Positions 13,041-24,879 of a DNA stretch of 64,000 nt are shown here, one piece after another (position 1 is the stretch's first letter; each line of letters begins with the position of its first letter). The notes under the pieces are model-generated. The model worked only from the letters and a program-made list of their open reading frames with translations, was not told the origin of the DNA and ran no database searches. A program made the position numbers and the translations under genes. Source of the stretch: the human T2T-CHM13v2.0 reference genome, Homo sapiens; the NCBI GenBank assembly GCA_009914755.4, contig CP086569.2, positions 3,072,001 to 3,136,000 on the forward strand. The letters run 5' to 3'.

Positions 13041-13352
13041 CTATAGTTTCCTTCTAATATTGGGAGCTGCCTGTGTAATAAACTTGTCCTTGAGGATGAG
13101 CTGTCCCTTGACTGAATCAGGGGATAAAGAGGTGTGTTTTATTAGTGCCTCTCTCAGCCTTTCCATAAAGGCTGCAGGATTCTCTTCTGGCTTTTGGTTT
13201 ATCATAGTCAGTTTAGAGTAATTGAGAGGTCTGGCCTTAGTTCTTTGTAGGCCCTCTAAAATGCATGTTAAAAAGTGCTTCCTTTTCCATTCGTCTGCAG
13301 AGCTATTGGGGTCACAATCAAGTTTGTCAAGGGGGAACTGCTTTCCTTTCAA
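13041..13352 (-). pseudogene. Gag capsid (CA C-terminal / major homology region) fragment
   Basis: The minus ORF contains ENPAAFMERLREALIKHTSLSPDSVKGQLILKDKFITQAAPNIRRKL, the hallmark class I HERV gag motif (cf. HERV-H/W/9-like QxAPDIRKKLQ). Confidence 0.8.
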
Positions 13353-13604
13353 TTGAGAATGGTGTTTCTGCTATTTCTTCACTCTCCCTTTCTTCTTACT
13401 TATCTTTTGGTTTGTTATAGGGGATATATTGCTCATCTCCAAAATTATCTGCTATTTGCAGAGCTGCCTACTTTCCAGCTGCAGTGAGGGTTTGGTTTGG
13501 GAGCAGCATAACATCTTTCCATGTGAGGTGAAATACCTGAGTTGAATTGTGAAAAGTTTCTATATACCTATCAGGGTCATCAGAAAATCAGCCTAAGTTT
13601 CCCT

Positions 13605-13796
13605 TTATTTGCCTAGGGTCCTATTTGAGAAGGGAACTTGAACCCTCATTGCAACATTTCCATCAGGCATTTCCTGTAGAGGTAAGGGTGAAGTGGGGAA
13701 AGTGGGTAATAACGGAGGATGGTGGAGCTGGAGGAACTGATGGTACGATTGGATGGGGTTCTGAATGAGGGTAACTGGAAGGGTTGGGACATTCAA
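13605..13796 (-). pseudogene. Gag proline-rich (p12-like) segment
   Basis: The minus ORF contains HHPPLLPTFPTSPLPL between the MA and CA regions. Confidence 0.4.
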
Positions 13797-14509
13797 TAGC
13801 TGTCTCAGATTGCTCCTATAAAATCTGCTTCAGCTCTGGGAAACTATTCCCTGTGGGCTTGCCTGCTATGGCTGCTAAAAGAACTGGGTTGCTCTTACAA
13901 TGCTTCCAAAGGTTTGGTAAAAATGCCATGCCCATGTGCAAAAGAAAATGAGTTGGTTTTCTCTTCAATGTCCTGAGGTCAAAGAAGTTCCAGTGTTTCA
14001 GGGTGCACTCCAGAGGGGTACAAGCTGAAGATAATCTGTTACCCGTCTAGAAAGAGAAGCAAGAATAAAAGCATCCTTTTAGACTCCTTCCTTTCTGTGT
14101 AACCCAAGGTGGAGAAGAAGACAGTGGAAGTGTCCTCCCGACTGTTTTCCCTCCCTGGTTCCTGGGTCCCGGCAGCCTGTTAAATGTGCCGCCCATGGTT
14201 GTAAGCAGGACCCTCCAAACCATAGAACTGGATGAACTAAGTGATGGGACTCACCACGCTTTACCCGTGCAACCTTAGCTTATCTGTCCTGTGTGATTCC
14301 CCTTTGACTTACTAAACCTATGTGATCTGCCTGGTTCTCCCAAAAAATGGATCTTGGGAAAGACTACATAAAAGACAAGCCTCCTTTAACGGAGGGAATT
14401 TGCTAGATTGCCTGCTATTATGGCCCGTTCTAAAGAATTTACCCTTAGAAAAATGGTTCTGGCTAACTTCTGTACTTAAAATCCCCTTACTAATTAAGTA
14501 CTATCTTAA

Positions 14510-15373
14510 TCAGAGAGAGAATAGGTGCCTTAAAGGGACACTGGGACCTAATGACGACTTTCCTGCTGATGGGACAGTGTTGGGACTAAAATTTGGCTGC
14601 AGAGGACGTTTTATTCCTAATAGTTGAAAGCAGAAGTTTCCTTGTTCACAGAAGCAGCATAAAACCTGGTTTCTGGTAGAAAGGCATAAAAAGGAAAAAT
14701 TGGAAGGCTGCAATGTACCGCAGAAAACCAGCACATGAGTCTTATGAAGAGGATTTCTATTTTTCATGAGGTGGTGATGTTGGCTTAGAAATACCATGTA
14801 ATCACAAGCTGACTATTAGCCTATTAGCGAGTGGCCACACTGTGGGGGAAACGGGAGGTCTCTGTTCCTACAAGATTGCAACAGCATTTGCCTAAGCTAT
14901 ATCCCTGGTTACTACAGAATTTCCTGATCTTGACTAACAGGATTACTTCCCTAGACTGTAAAAATTCCCACATATTCGACACACAGAGAGAGTAAGAGAC
15001 TGTGGATAGAAAAAGAAGGAAAGTTTTGTGACAAGATAGCTGGGAATTCTTAACCAACACCCGGAGCAGACTGACTGAGGCTGGGTGCAGTACAGAAGCC
15101 TTTGAATAGCACCAGGGTATGCCCTGGCCAGCAATTCAGTTGCTTCAGTACTTTTCCAAGCCTCATGTAATGGCTAAGTTTCCCCAGGAAAAGAAACTGA
15201 GTCAAAACATGGCCAACATTCCCAATGACCCATGAGTAATGGAGGGTTCTCCATGTTCTCACTAGCAAACCTGACATCCAAGTCTTTATAACTGCAGCCA
15301 CGATAAGCGTATTTTTAAGCAGTTGACGGATTCCCATTAATTGATTTGATTTTGATTTTAAACTAGAAGCCAA
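14510..15373 (-). pseudogene. Leader / gag N-terminal region, multiply disrupted
   Basis: A series of overlapping minus-strand ORFs (15050-15373, 14824-15060, 14510-14797) lies between the PBS and CA. No intact MA is recognisable. Confidence 0.35.
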
Positions 15374-15448
15374 GAGTGCCTCAGAATGATAGAACAGATT
15401 TTTAAGGTCCCTTCTATACTCACCACTCCAGTGAATGTCGTACCTTGG

Positions 15449-15466
15449 ATTCCAGCCAATGCACCA
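15449..15466 (-). promoter_or_regulatory. Primer-binding site, best match to the tRNA-Gly(GCC) 3' end
   Basis: Minus strand reads TGGTGCATTGGCTGGAAT, 3 nt after the 5' LTR end. The first 12 nt equal the reverse complement of the tRNA-Gly-GCC 3' end (…CCGGCCAATGCACCA). Confidence 0.55.
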
Positions 15467-15570
15467 AAATAATACGACTCTAATGACTGGAGAAACACCA
15501 GGGTCCTTTGTCTCACACCGCTAAGAATAATGAAATGACATACATGGAGTGATTTTTAAGGAGCGGAAAG

Positions 15571-15576
15571 TTTAAT
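15571..15576 (-). promoter_or_regulatory. Putative LTR poly(A) signal ATTAAA
   Basis: Minus-strand ATTAAA. Also present in the 3' LTR copy at about 10034-10040 (tttaataaac). Confidence 0.45.
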
Positions 15577-15785
15577 AGGCAAGAACAAAGAAAGAAAGAA
15601 GAAAAACAGCTCCCCCATACAGAGGGATAGAGGCTCTGAATGGATACACCCTGCGTGTGGTGGAAAGCAGTCGGTTATATTGGGAGGCTGGAGGAGGCGA
15701 TGTTGATTTACATAGGGCCCAGGGGATTGGTTTGAACCCGTGTGTCATTCACATAGCCCATGAAAAAATTGGCCCTCCCACCCTA

Positions 15786-15796
15786 GCCTTTTAATA
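15786..15796 (-). promoter_or_regulatory. Putative LTR TATA box (tattaaaagg)
   Basis: Read on the minus strand. The same motif is conserved in the 3' LTR copy (ccttttaagatgc region at about 10245). Confidence 0.4.
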
Positions 15797-16549
15797 TGCA
15801 GATGTGGGTTGCCATGATGTCTTGCACACGTGGTGTCATCTGGGGGTGGCCATGACACCTGGCACACATGGTGACAAGAGAAGAGGGCGAGAACCACCAT
15901 GTTGGGTGGAACTGGTTTCTAGCTGCTGGCATTTGCATATCAATGCTTGCTGTTCTGGTTTTTCAAGCCACTTTCTGTTAGAAAGGAAATGGTTCAAGGC
16001 TTGCTTTTTATTAAAGGAAAATTCCACCAAGAACCACCCTTCCTAGCTGCATAAAAGTTATTTCTTAATAACTCCTTTATTATTATTATGAAGGAGACAT
16101 ATTTATTTAGTAGTAAGATATTAGGAGAGGGGAATCATTCTATAGTCCTACGATTTTGTGTCAGTTTTTTAGTGACCCTGTGTCCCTGGGCTGTGACCTT
16201 CCAAATTGGTTCTAAGTTTTGTTTTGTCATTTAGGTAAGACAGCATGATGAAAGGGGGCTGAAAATGGGTATTTATCTTCCCCTACAGAGAATACTAGAG
16301 AGTGGCTGGAGTGTATATTTCTTCTTTCAGGTCAGTTAGGCTCTGGTAAAACTGCAGTTAGTCAACCTCTTGTAAATAGTTTCTCTTGATAGCCAGCATT
16401 TCTAAGAAGAACAGAATGCTCTGATTATATTTTTAAATGATTAATTTTTTTTCTGTCTACCAGAAGCATGAGGAGAATTTTCTAGGCTCTTCACTGTGAG
16501 AACTTGGTACAGCTCCTGGAGGTAAACTCACAAAACTGTAGATATTGCA

Positions 16550-16932
<383 letters not shown>

Positions 16933-18238
16933 TTAACATTCAGGTTGTTCTATTTGGTACTGGTTCCTATGGAGTTTTCTGCTCCAGGGCTGCTTCTTTG
17001 GTAGCTGTGATTGTCTATATCAGCATGTCTGTTTCTTCCATTTGGGGAGCAATGGTTTCTACTATGATATCAATACTCTGATGAATTGAAGAAAATTTGT
17101 TGATTTCTAGTTAGTTCCACTTATTTTTGTTTTTATTTGTAAGGATGGGAGTGATTACTTCTAAGCTTTTTGCATGCCAGACCTGAAAGTGCTATTTAAT
17201 TTTTATATTATATATCTGCATATTTTTGTCATTGCCTTCTACCTATGTTTCAAATATGTTTTTACTGAGTATCTTTTATAGTTGAAATTTTATCCAGTAA
17301 TAGTAATTTCACACATAATCACATACAACTTAAGAAAAAATACACAGTATGCCATGTACATATTTACCCATCAATGGTGATATTCTGCAAAATAATAATG
17401 CAATATCACAATATCACAACATCACAATATCAAAGAACCAGCTTTTTGTTTCATTTGTTCTCTATTGTTTTCCTGCTTCCAATTTCATTGGTTTCTGGTA
17501 AGATTTTTATTACACTTATATATGCCTGCTGTAGATTTATTTTACTCTTTATTTCTAGAATTTTGAGACAGTAACTTAGATTATTGATTTGAGACATATC
17601 TAGTTTTCTAATGTAAACAGTTTTGTAGTGTTTTTATGGTGATTGCTCTAGGTATTATAGTACACCTATGTGACTTATCACAACCTACGGGGAGCAACAT
17701 TTTGACACTGAGCAAAGCAGAAGAATCTTACTTCCATTAAGGTCTATTCACTTTCTCCATTTAAAATATCATAGTCTTGAGTATCAAATGGTCTTTTTTC
17801 AATTATCAAATATAATTTATAAAATTCATAACAAAATGAATACTTTTTTTGGTACCCCTATTTCTGCTATTTCTTTTGTGTTTCTTGTTCTGGTCTTCTG
17901 CTTGAAGATTGCTTCTTTTATTATTTCCTTCCCGTTAGAATAAATTTTTGTGAATGTTATTTATAGATAAGTATGTTAGCAACAAATTATTTTTATTTCA
18001 TTTGACAATGTCTTTATTTCCACTTCATGCTTGGAGGATAATTTGCCAAATATGACATTTGTGATTGATAGTGAATTTCTTTCAGCCCTTTAAATTGTTG
18101 TGCCTTTTCCTTTTGCCCTCAATTATCCAGTGTCATTTGACTTAGTGTTCCCCTGTAGTTTCCATGTCATTTCCTTCTGTCTGCGCCCAAGGTGTTTTCT
18201 TGGCTTTTAGTTTTGAGTAATTTAATTAAAATGTGTCT

Positions 18239-18300
18239 TGGCATAAAGTTCTTTGGGTTTATTTATACTTGGCATAAAGTTCTTTCGGTTTATTTATACT
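18239..18300. repeat. 31-bp tandem duplication (2 copies)
   Basis: ggcataaagttctttgggtttatttatactt / ggcataaagttctttcggtttatttatact. Confidence 0.7.
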
Positions 18301-18699
18301 ATTTCAGATTCACTCAAATTCTTAATTAGGTACATTTATGTCTTTCATCAAACTTGGGTAGTTTTCAAGCATCATTTTTTTGAATTATCTTTGAGCTCCA
18401 CTCTCTTACTCCTGTCTTTTGTGGACTTTGATTATATGAACACTACATCATCTGGTATTGTCCCATGTGAATTCGGGGCTCTGCTAATATTTTAAATCTA
18501 TTTCCACTATTGTGCAGATTGACTTAATTTTATTGATCTGTCTACAAGTTGACAGATCCTACCATCTGTCTTCTCCAGTTTACCAGTTATCTTCAGTTTT
18601 ATTTTATTCTATCTGTCAAATAATTGTATATATTTATGGGGTACAATGTGGTGAAAAAACAACTAATATAATGAATAAAAAACCTCACAGATTTGGAGA

Positions 18700-18960
18700 A
18701 AACATTAGGAAATCATACATCAGGTAAGGAGCTAATATCCAAAATATATAGAGACTCAAACTACTCAATAACAAGAAAAAAAGCTGTATTTAAAAATGAG
18801 CAAAAGACCTGAATAGACATGTCTCAAAAGAAGACATACAAATGGCCAACAGATGTATGAAAAATTGCTCAACATCAGTAATTATCAGGGAAATGTAAAT
18901 TAAAATTGTTATGGAATATTACCTCACACGTGTCAGATTTGTTACGACCATAAAAAATTC
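18700..18960 (+). mobile_element. L1 ORF2 C-terminal fragment (old L1)
   Basis: Translates to ...KLKQLY.../...[28 protein letters not shown]..., matching the L1 ORF2 end region. Confidence 0.7.
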
Positions 18961-20689
18961 ACCAAGTTTTTTTTCTTTAACTTACTGCAATATACCTCTA
19001 TAATTTTAATTTGGTTATTTTTTATATTCATATGAAAAGTATTTATATTTATACGTGCTTATTAAGGCACTTTTAAGATAGCTGCTTTACAATTCTTGTC
19101 AGATATTTCTCAAATCTAATTTATCTCAGTGTTGGCGTCAGTTTCATTTATTTTCTTGCTTCTTGATTTAATGTTTGATCCTTTTGTTGTGTCCTGGACA
19201 TTTTGTCTATTATGTTGGGAGACTATGTCCTATTTAAATCTTTTATTTTAGCAAGAATTCACTCTGTCTAAATTTCATATGTATGTTCCATATTACTTTT
19301 GTCAGCAGTGATTTAATCGATGATTTGATTTTCAGAGTCATTGTGGTGTTATTTGAGGCTAGATGGCTTATATGGTGCTACTATGGCTGCTACTGGTTAT
19401 TGCTGGTACTGACTAAGGGTACAGAAGGGATTTCCCTAGGCTGAGTTACTGGATGTCTCTCCAGGAGTCAGGGAGTCACAGGCAAATATGTAATGTAAAG
19501 AAGCTTTCCTTGCCAGGTACTTGTTGTGACAGAGCCTCTTCTGAATGTGAGAAATGGAAATTGCTTTTTGACCAGGGTATTTGTTGTGCAGGGATTCCTA
19601 TGGGCAGAAAAGGGAACTCTCAGAGACACTGGGATAAACAGGCTTAGAGGCAACCCTGGATGAACCATTATTTTGGCTGGGTTACTGGTGGTCTCTGGCC
19701 ATTCAGTGCTTCCCATTGAGTGAAGGCAAAAGACTATGAGGACTGTGGGTACAAAGAGGCTTCCTGAAACAGGTAGCACATTGTGGTCAGATATCTCTTG
19801 CCAGTTCTGCCTGCTCATTTCAGTATCTCTCATGGGTGAGGGGAGTGTCAGGATCAACAGTGAAAGAGAACACTTTCGCTGGCCTCCTCTTGTTACCAGA
19901 GCTCAAAATAATTCCTCTTGTCAGGCTTTCCTGACATCATAGGTCTCTCTTTTATTCTAGGAGAGGAATAAGACTACCTGTGATGGCAACTGCTGCTGTG
20001 TTGGAAATCAGGAAATGCTGGGCTTGGGATGCTTCTTTCTGTTAAGTGGGAGGATATAAGGAACCCTGCAGTTTTCCACCTTCTTGCTATTATTCAGAGC
20101 TCTCCTCTTACGTGTTTCTAGATGTATCATGTGTTATTTTTACAGTTGTGCTTAGATGGAGGATTGCAGAGAAGCATATCTCTGCCAAATTATTTTATTT
20201 TAGAACAGTTTAACATTTACAGAATAATTATGAATACAGTATAGAAAGTTCCTATATACCTCACACCCAATTTCTTCTATTATTAACATAATATGTAGGA
20301 TTGTACATTTGTCAATACTGATAAATTATTAATTAGTCAATACTGATAAATTATTATTAATTAGACTCTATATTTTATTTGTATTTCCTCACTCATGCAT
20401 TTTCTCATTTGCCCTTTCTGGTTCCAAGATCCTATCTAGGATGCTACATTACATTTAGTAGTTATGCATGTCTCCTTAGATTCCTTTGGTTGTGGCAATG
20501 TTTCAGACTTATCTTTTTTTTTTGTTATGGCTTTCATCATTGTGAGGATAGGCAGGTACTGCGTAGCATGTTCCTCAGTTGAAGATTGTCTGATGTTTTC
20601 CTTGTGATCTTACTGAAGTAATACCTTTTTGCTACCATGGTGTTAAAGCACTATTCTTATCACATCACATTTACATACTATTGATACGA

Positions 20690-21500
20690 GAGGAGGGCAG
20701 AGAAGTGCTGGGCAAAGAAGTGTACGGTCCCTTGCAAGGGCTCCACCCTCAGGCCTGTGCCTACGAACCTAAGTGAGAACAGGCACTCCTGTTTTTGCAC
20801 CCAAATGCTGCATTTTCCAAGACCACTCTGGTCTGCACACTCCCCATCCTGTGCCCATAAAAAACCGAGACCTTTGCAGGCAAATACAAGCAGCTGGACA
20901 TCTATCTAGAGGAGCAGAGGAACACACAAGCAGACACCAGCAGACCAGTGACGGTGGGACAACACAGACACGGAGGGACTTTCGGCTCGGGGCAGTCAGA
21001 GAACAGTCTGGCCTCTGGGCAGCCCAGCTCCAGGAGAAGACCGCCTTCTCACAACATCCCCCTTCCAGCTTATCATCCACCTCACTGAGAGCCACCTCCA
21101 CACTCAATAAAACAATAAAACCTTGCACTCATCCTCCAAGCCCATCTGTGTTTCTATTTTTCTGGTACACAAGCAAGAGCTCAGAATACACAAAGCCCTC
21201 TGCCCTTGCAATAAGGCAGAGGGTCTAATTGAGCTGACTCACACAAGCCGTCTGAAAATGGCAAAGCTGAAAGAGCACACTGTAACACACACCCACTTCG
21301 GCTTCGGGAGTCATAAACACTCATCCTAGACACTGCCATGGGGTCGGAACCCAAAAGCGCTCCCCAAGACCTCTACACCCACCCGTCTGCATGTTCCCCC
21401 TAGGGGTTTGAGCAGCAGGGCACTGAAGAAGTGAGCCACATCTCTGTTGCGTGCCCAGGGAAGGGGATAAGGGAACTCTCCCATATCATTATCAGTATGA
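20690..21500. repeat. GC-richer LTR-like segment, unclassified
   Basis: Composition differs from the flanks. Contains ...cactcaataaaacaataaaaccttgc... (AATAAA in an R-like context). Its ORFs are mutually overlapping on both strands and so non-coding. The family call is not possible by eye. Confidence 0.3.
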
Positions 21501-22269
21501 CTTGTCATATTTAATATTAACCTGAATCTCCTGGATTGTGTTAGTGTTTTTCAGGTCTCTCCACTGCAAAGTTACTTTTTTTTCTCTTACTCTCTATCTT
21601 CATACTGTACTCTTTAGAAGAAAGTTGCTATGCATGAAATATCTACCTAAATTATTGGAAATTCTACTTGGAATATATGTGTGTTCTTCCCAAAATATTT
21701 ATTTATTTAATCACTGGTTTACATAACTATGGACTGATGAATACCTATTTCATACTTTCAGTTATAACCAAATACAACTTTATTGATTTTGTTGCTTAAA
21801 TTGTTCCAGCTTTAGCCATTTAGAGCTTTTTCAGTTGTTTCCTGTTTCCTTTAGACATACCCTCCATGAGTTGTGTTTGTGTGTACGTGTGTATTTGTGT
21901 AAGGTATAAGGTTGGCGTGCATGTTTATGTTTTTCTTTCATATGGGTGTACAATTCTTCCAGCCTCCATTGTTTAAAAAACTATCCTTACTCCATTGAAT
22001 TGCCTTTGGTTTTTATCAAAGATCAATTGACTATGTTTTTGTGGGTCTGTATATGGGATGCCTATACTTTTTTATTGATCTATTTTCCTATTCTTTTGTC
22101 AATACAGTGTAGCCTTAGAGTAGGTCTTGAAATTAAGTGGCGTAAGTCTTCCAACTTAGTTCTTCTTCAGTATTGTGTTGGATATTCTAGATTGTTTCCA
22201 TTTTTATACAAACTTTGCAATTACTATGTCAATATTTACACACCAGTTTGCTGTAATTTCGATTAGGAT

Positions 22270-22660
22270 TTTGATGTGGTTTGGCTCTGTGTTACCACTC
22301 AAATCTCATGTTGAATTGTAATCCCCATGTGTCAGGGGAGGAACCTGATGGGAGGTGATTGCATCATGGGGGCAGATTTCTTTTATGCTCTTCTTGTGAC
22401 AATGAGTGAGTTCTCAAGAGAACTGATGGTTTAAAAGTGTGACACTTCCCCCCTTGCTCTCTCTCTGTCTGCTGCTCCACCATGGTAAGACATGCTTGCT
22501 ACCCCTTTGTCTTCTGCCATGATTGTAAGTTTCCTGAGGCCTCCCAGTCATACTTCCTGTTAAGCCTGTAGAACTGTGAGTCAATTAAACCTCTTTTCTT
22601 CATAAATTACCCAGTCTTGGGTAGTTTATAGCAGTGTGAGAACAGTGGAATACAGATTGT
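22270..22660 (+). mobile_element. MaLR solo LTR (MST/THE1-type)
   Basis: gatgtggtttggctctgtgttaccactcaaatctcatgttgaattgtaatcccc ... ccatgattgtaag...aattacccagtcttgggtagtttatagcagtgtgagaa. Matches the THE1/MST consensus layout. Confidence 0.8.
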
Positions 22661-23410
22661 GTAGGTCAAGTTGGAATTAATTTATATTTTAACAATAAGG
22701 CATCTTCCAAATTAGGAAAATGGAATATCTATCTATTTAGTTATTTTATTTTTTTATCCGTGTTTTTTAGTTTTCTGTATATAGGCTCTGTACATATTTT
22801 GTTTGATTTATACTTAAGTATTTCTTATTCAGGATGCCATTATAAGTGGTATTATTTTATTTAAATTGAAAATTTGAATTGTTAATGGCTGGAATATATA
22901 TAAGCAATTGACTTTCATATATTAATCTTGTATCTTGAGACATTGCTATACTTACTTCAAGGAGTTCTTTGGTTGATTCTTTAAAAATGGCATCTGCAAA
23001 TACAGATGGTTTTATATCTCTCTTTCCAATTGTAATATGTTTTATTTCCTTTTTTGTCTTATTGCACTAATTATAAATTCTGGTACATTATGAATAGGAG
23101 TGGAAAGAGAGGATATTCTTACCTTGTTCCAGATTTTAGAGGATACATGTCCAGTTTCTTACTATTAAGCATGATGTCAGCTACAGATTTTTTAGATGTT
23201 CTTTATCAAGTTGATGACATTCCCTTTTATTTCTAGTTTACTGAGGTTTTGGTCATAGATATGTATTGGATTTTGTCGAATGATTTTTCCGCATCATTTG
23301 ATATAATTATATATTTTTTCTTTTTTAATCTATGAATGTGGTGGATTATATTAATTGATGCTTGCGTGTTGAAAACAGTCAGTATATGAGATTCATAAGT
23401 GAATTTTTGG

Positions 23411-23835
23411 GTCGTGTATTGGTATGAGCTGAATTATGCCGCCCCCCCACCCCAATTAATATGTTGGTACTCTAATCCCCAAAAACCTCAAAATAAGACT
23501 TTACTTAGTGATAGAGCCTTTAAATTGGTAAATAAGTTAAAATCATTTTTATTACAGTGAGACCTAATTTAATATAATGGATGTCCTCTTAAAAAGACAA
23601 GAACAGAACACAGAAAGATACACCAGACACATACATACATAAGAACATAATCATATGAACCCACAGCAAGAAGGCGGCCATATTCAAGCCACGGAGAGAG
23701 GCCTCAGAAGGAATCAAACTTGCTAACACCTTGATCCCAGACTTCTGGACTTCATTACTGTTAGAAAATTAATTTGTTATTTAAGCCATAGTCTTACCCA
23801 ATCTGTGGTGTTTTGTTATGAGAGTCCCAACAAAT
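23411..23835 (+). mobile_element. MaLR solo LTR (MLT1-type, older)
   Basis: ...acagcaagaaggcggccatattcaagccacggagagaggcctcagaagg...cttgatcccagacttctggacttc...tatttaagccatagtcttacccaatctgtggtgttttgttatgaga. Confidence 0.75.
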
Positions 23836-24879
23836 TAATAGTGGTATGTATTCTGGTGGTTGTTCTTTGGCTTCCTGATTCAGTAGTTATGTGTTTGTTA
23901 TTAAATTAGAAAAGTTCTCCAGTCATTTTTATTTCAAATACTTCTTCTGATCTTTTCTCTTTCAGATATTCCAATTACATTTTGTAATTTTACCATGATT
24001 CTTGGATGTTCTTTTTTGGTTTGGCTTGATTTTACTTTGCTTTTATTTATTTTACTTTTTTTCCATTTTAGTTTGATAACTAAAGTTTATCTTTACCTGT
24101 CATCAAACTCACTGGTTCTTTACTCACTCATGTCAAGTCTACTGAGTAATATGGGGTCACAGGCTCTGCTTCCTGCACTCAGTTACAGTACTACCCAGCT
24201 GCCTGAGTTCCAGCTATAGTAGGCCCCAGTACAGCAATGTCCTATGCCCAGGAAAGCTGTAAGAGCACAGAAGCCTCTACCTAGATATGAAAGAATGTCC
24301 CGGAGAGCTGAGCTGCAGGGAACCAGGCAGAAAAGCATAACGTGGAGTGGGATCACCAGCAGAGATCCTTCACTGGACAATGACCATCTGAGACTTGTAG
24401 CAGGACCTCCCCTCACAAACCACAGACTTTTAGGGTCATAGCTGTATGATCTGTGGTGTGGGCTTTTCCAAAAAAAGCTATGGGGATGAGGCTGCTTAAA
24501 GCCTTGGGGGCCTAACTTTTCTAGGGAAAAGATGCAGGGGCATCACCTTTTCCTGAATGTGTCCTGAAGGCAGGGCCTTCTCCTGAGTGACATCGAGACA
24601 AAGAAAATTGCTCTGGAAACTTTACAGGTAATAGTGTTTGCCTTGTTGGGTTTTAGACTTGCTTGGGACCTGTCACGCTTTTTTACTTATTTGTTCCTAT
24701 TGGAATAGAAATGTCTGTCTTGTGCCTGTCCCATCATTATATTTTGGATGCAGATAATATGTTTAATTTTACAGACTCACAGTTGGAAGGAAATATCTGA
24801 TTTAGATACTACTTAGCTAAGATATTGGACTTCAGACTTTTGAGTTTATGCCTGACTGATAAAATACTAGGCAAAAATC

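Larger units (their letters stand above)
9325..16084 (-). mobile_element. Class I (gammaretrovirus-like) endogenous retrovirus provirus, internally deleted: 5'LTR-PBS-gag-pro-[pol/env deletion]-PPT-3'LTR
   Basis: Two homologous LTRs in the same orientation (9325-10543 and 15470-16084). Gag CA and protease remnants lie on the minus strand. A PBS sits next to the 5' LTR and a PPT next to the 3' LTR. Paired chance ORFs 10320-10667 and 15804-16046 translate to near-identical peptides (RRRGKELPCWVDLVSSHWYVNIHACWSGCSSHFLLERKLF vs KRRGREPPCWVELVSSCWHLHINACCSGFSSHFLLERKWF), which confirms the LTR duplication. Confidence 0.85.
15470..16084 (-). repeat. 5' LTR of the provirus (about 615 bp)
   Basis: Homologous to the 3' LTR. 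In minus orientation it contains a TATA-like 'tattaaaagg' (plus 15786-15796) and then an ATTAAA poly(A) signal (plus 15571-15576) about 100 bp before the LTR end. This is a consistent U3-R-U5 layout. Confidence 0.8.
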
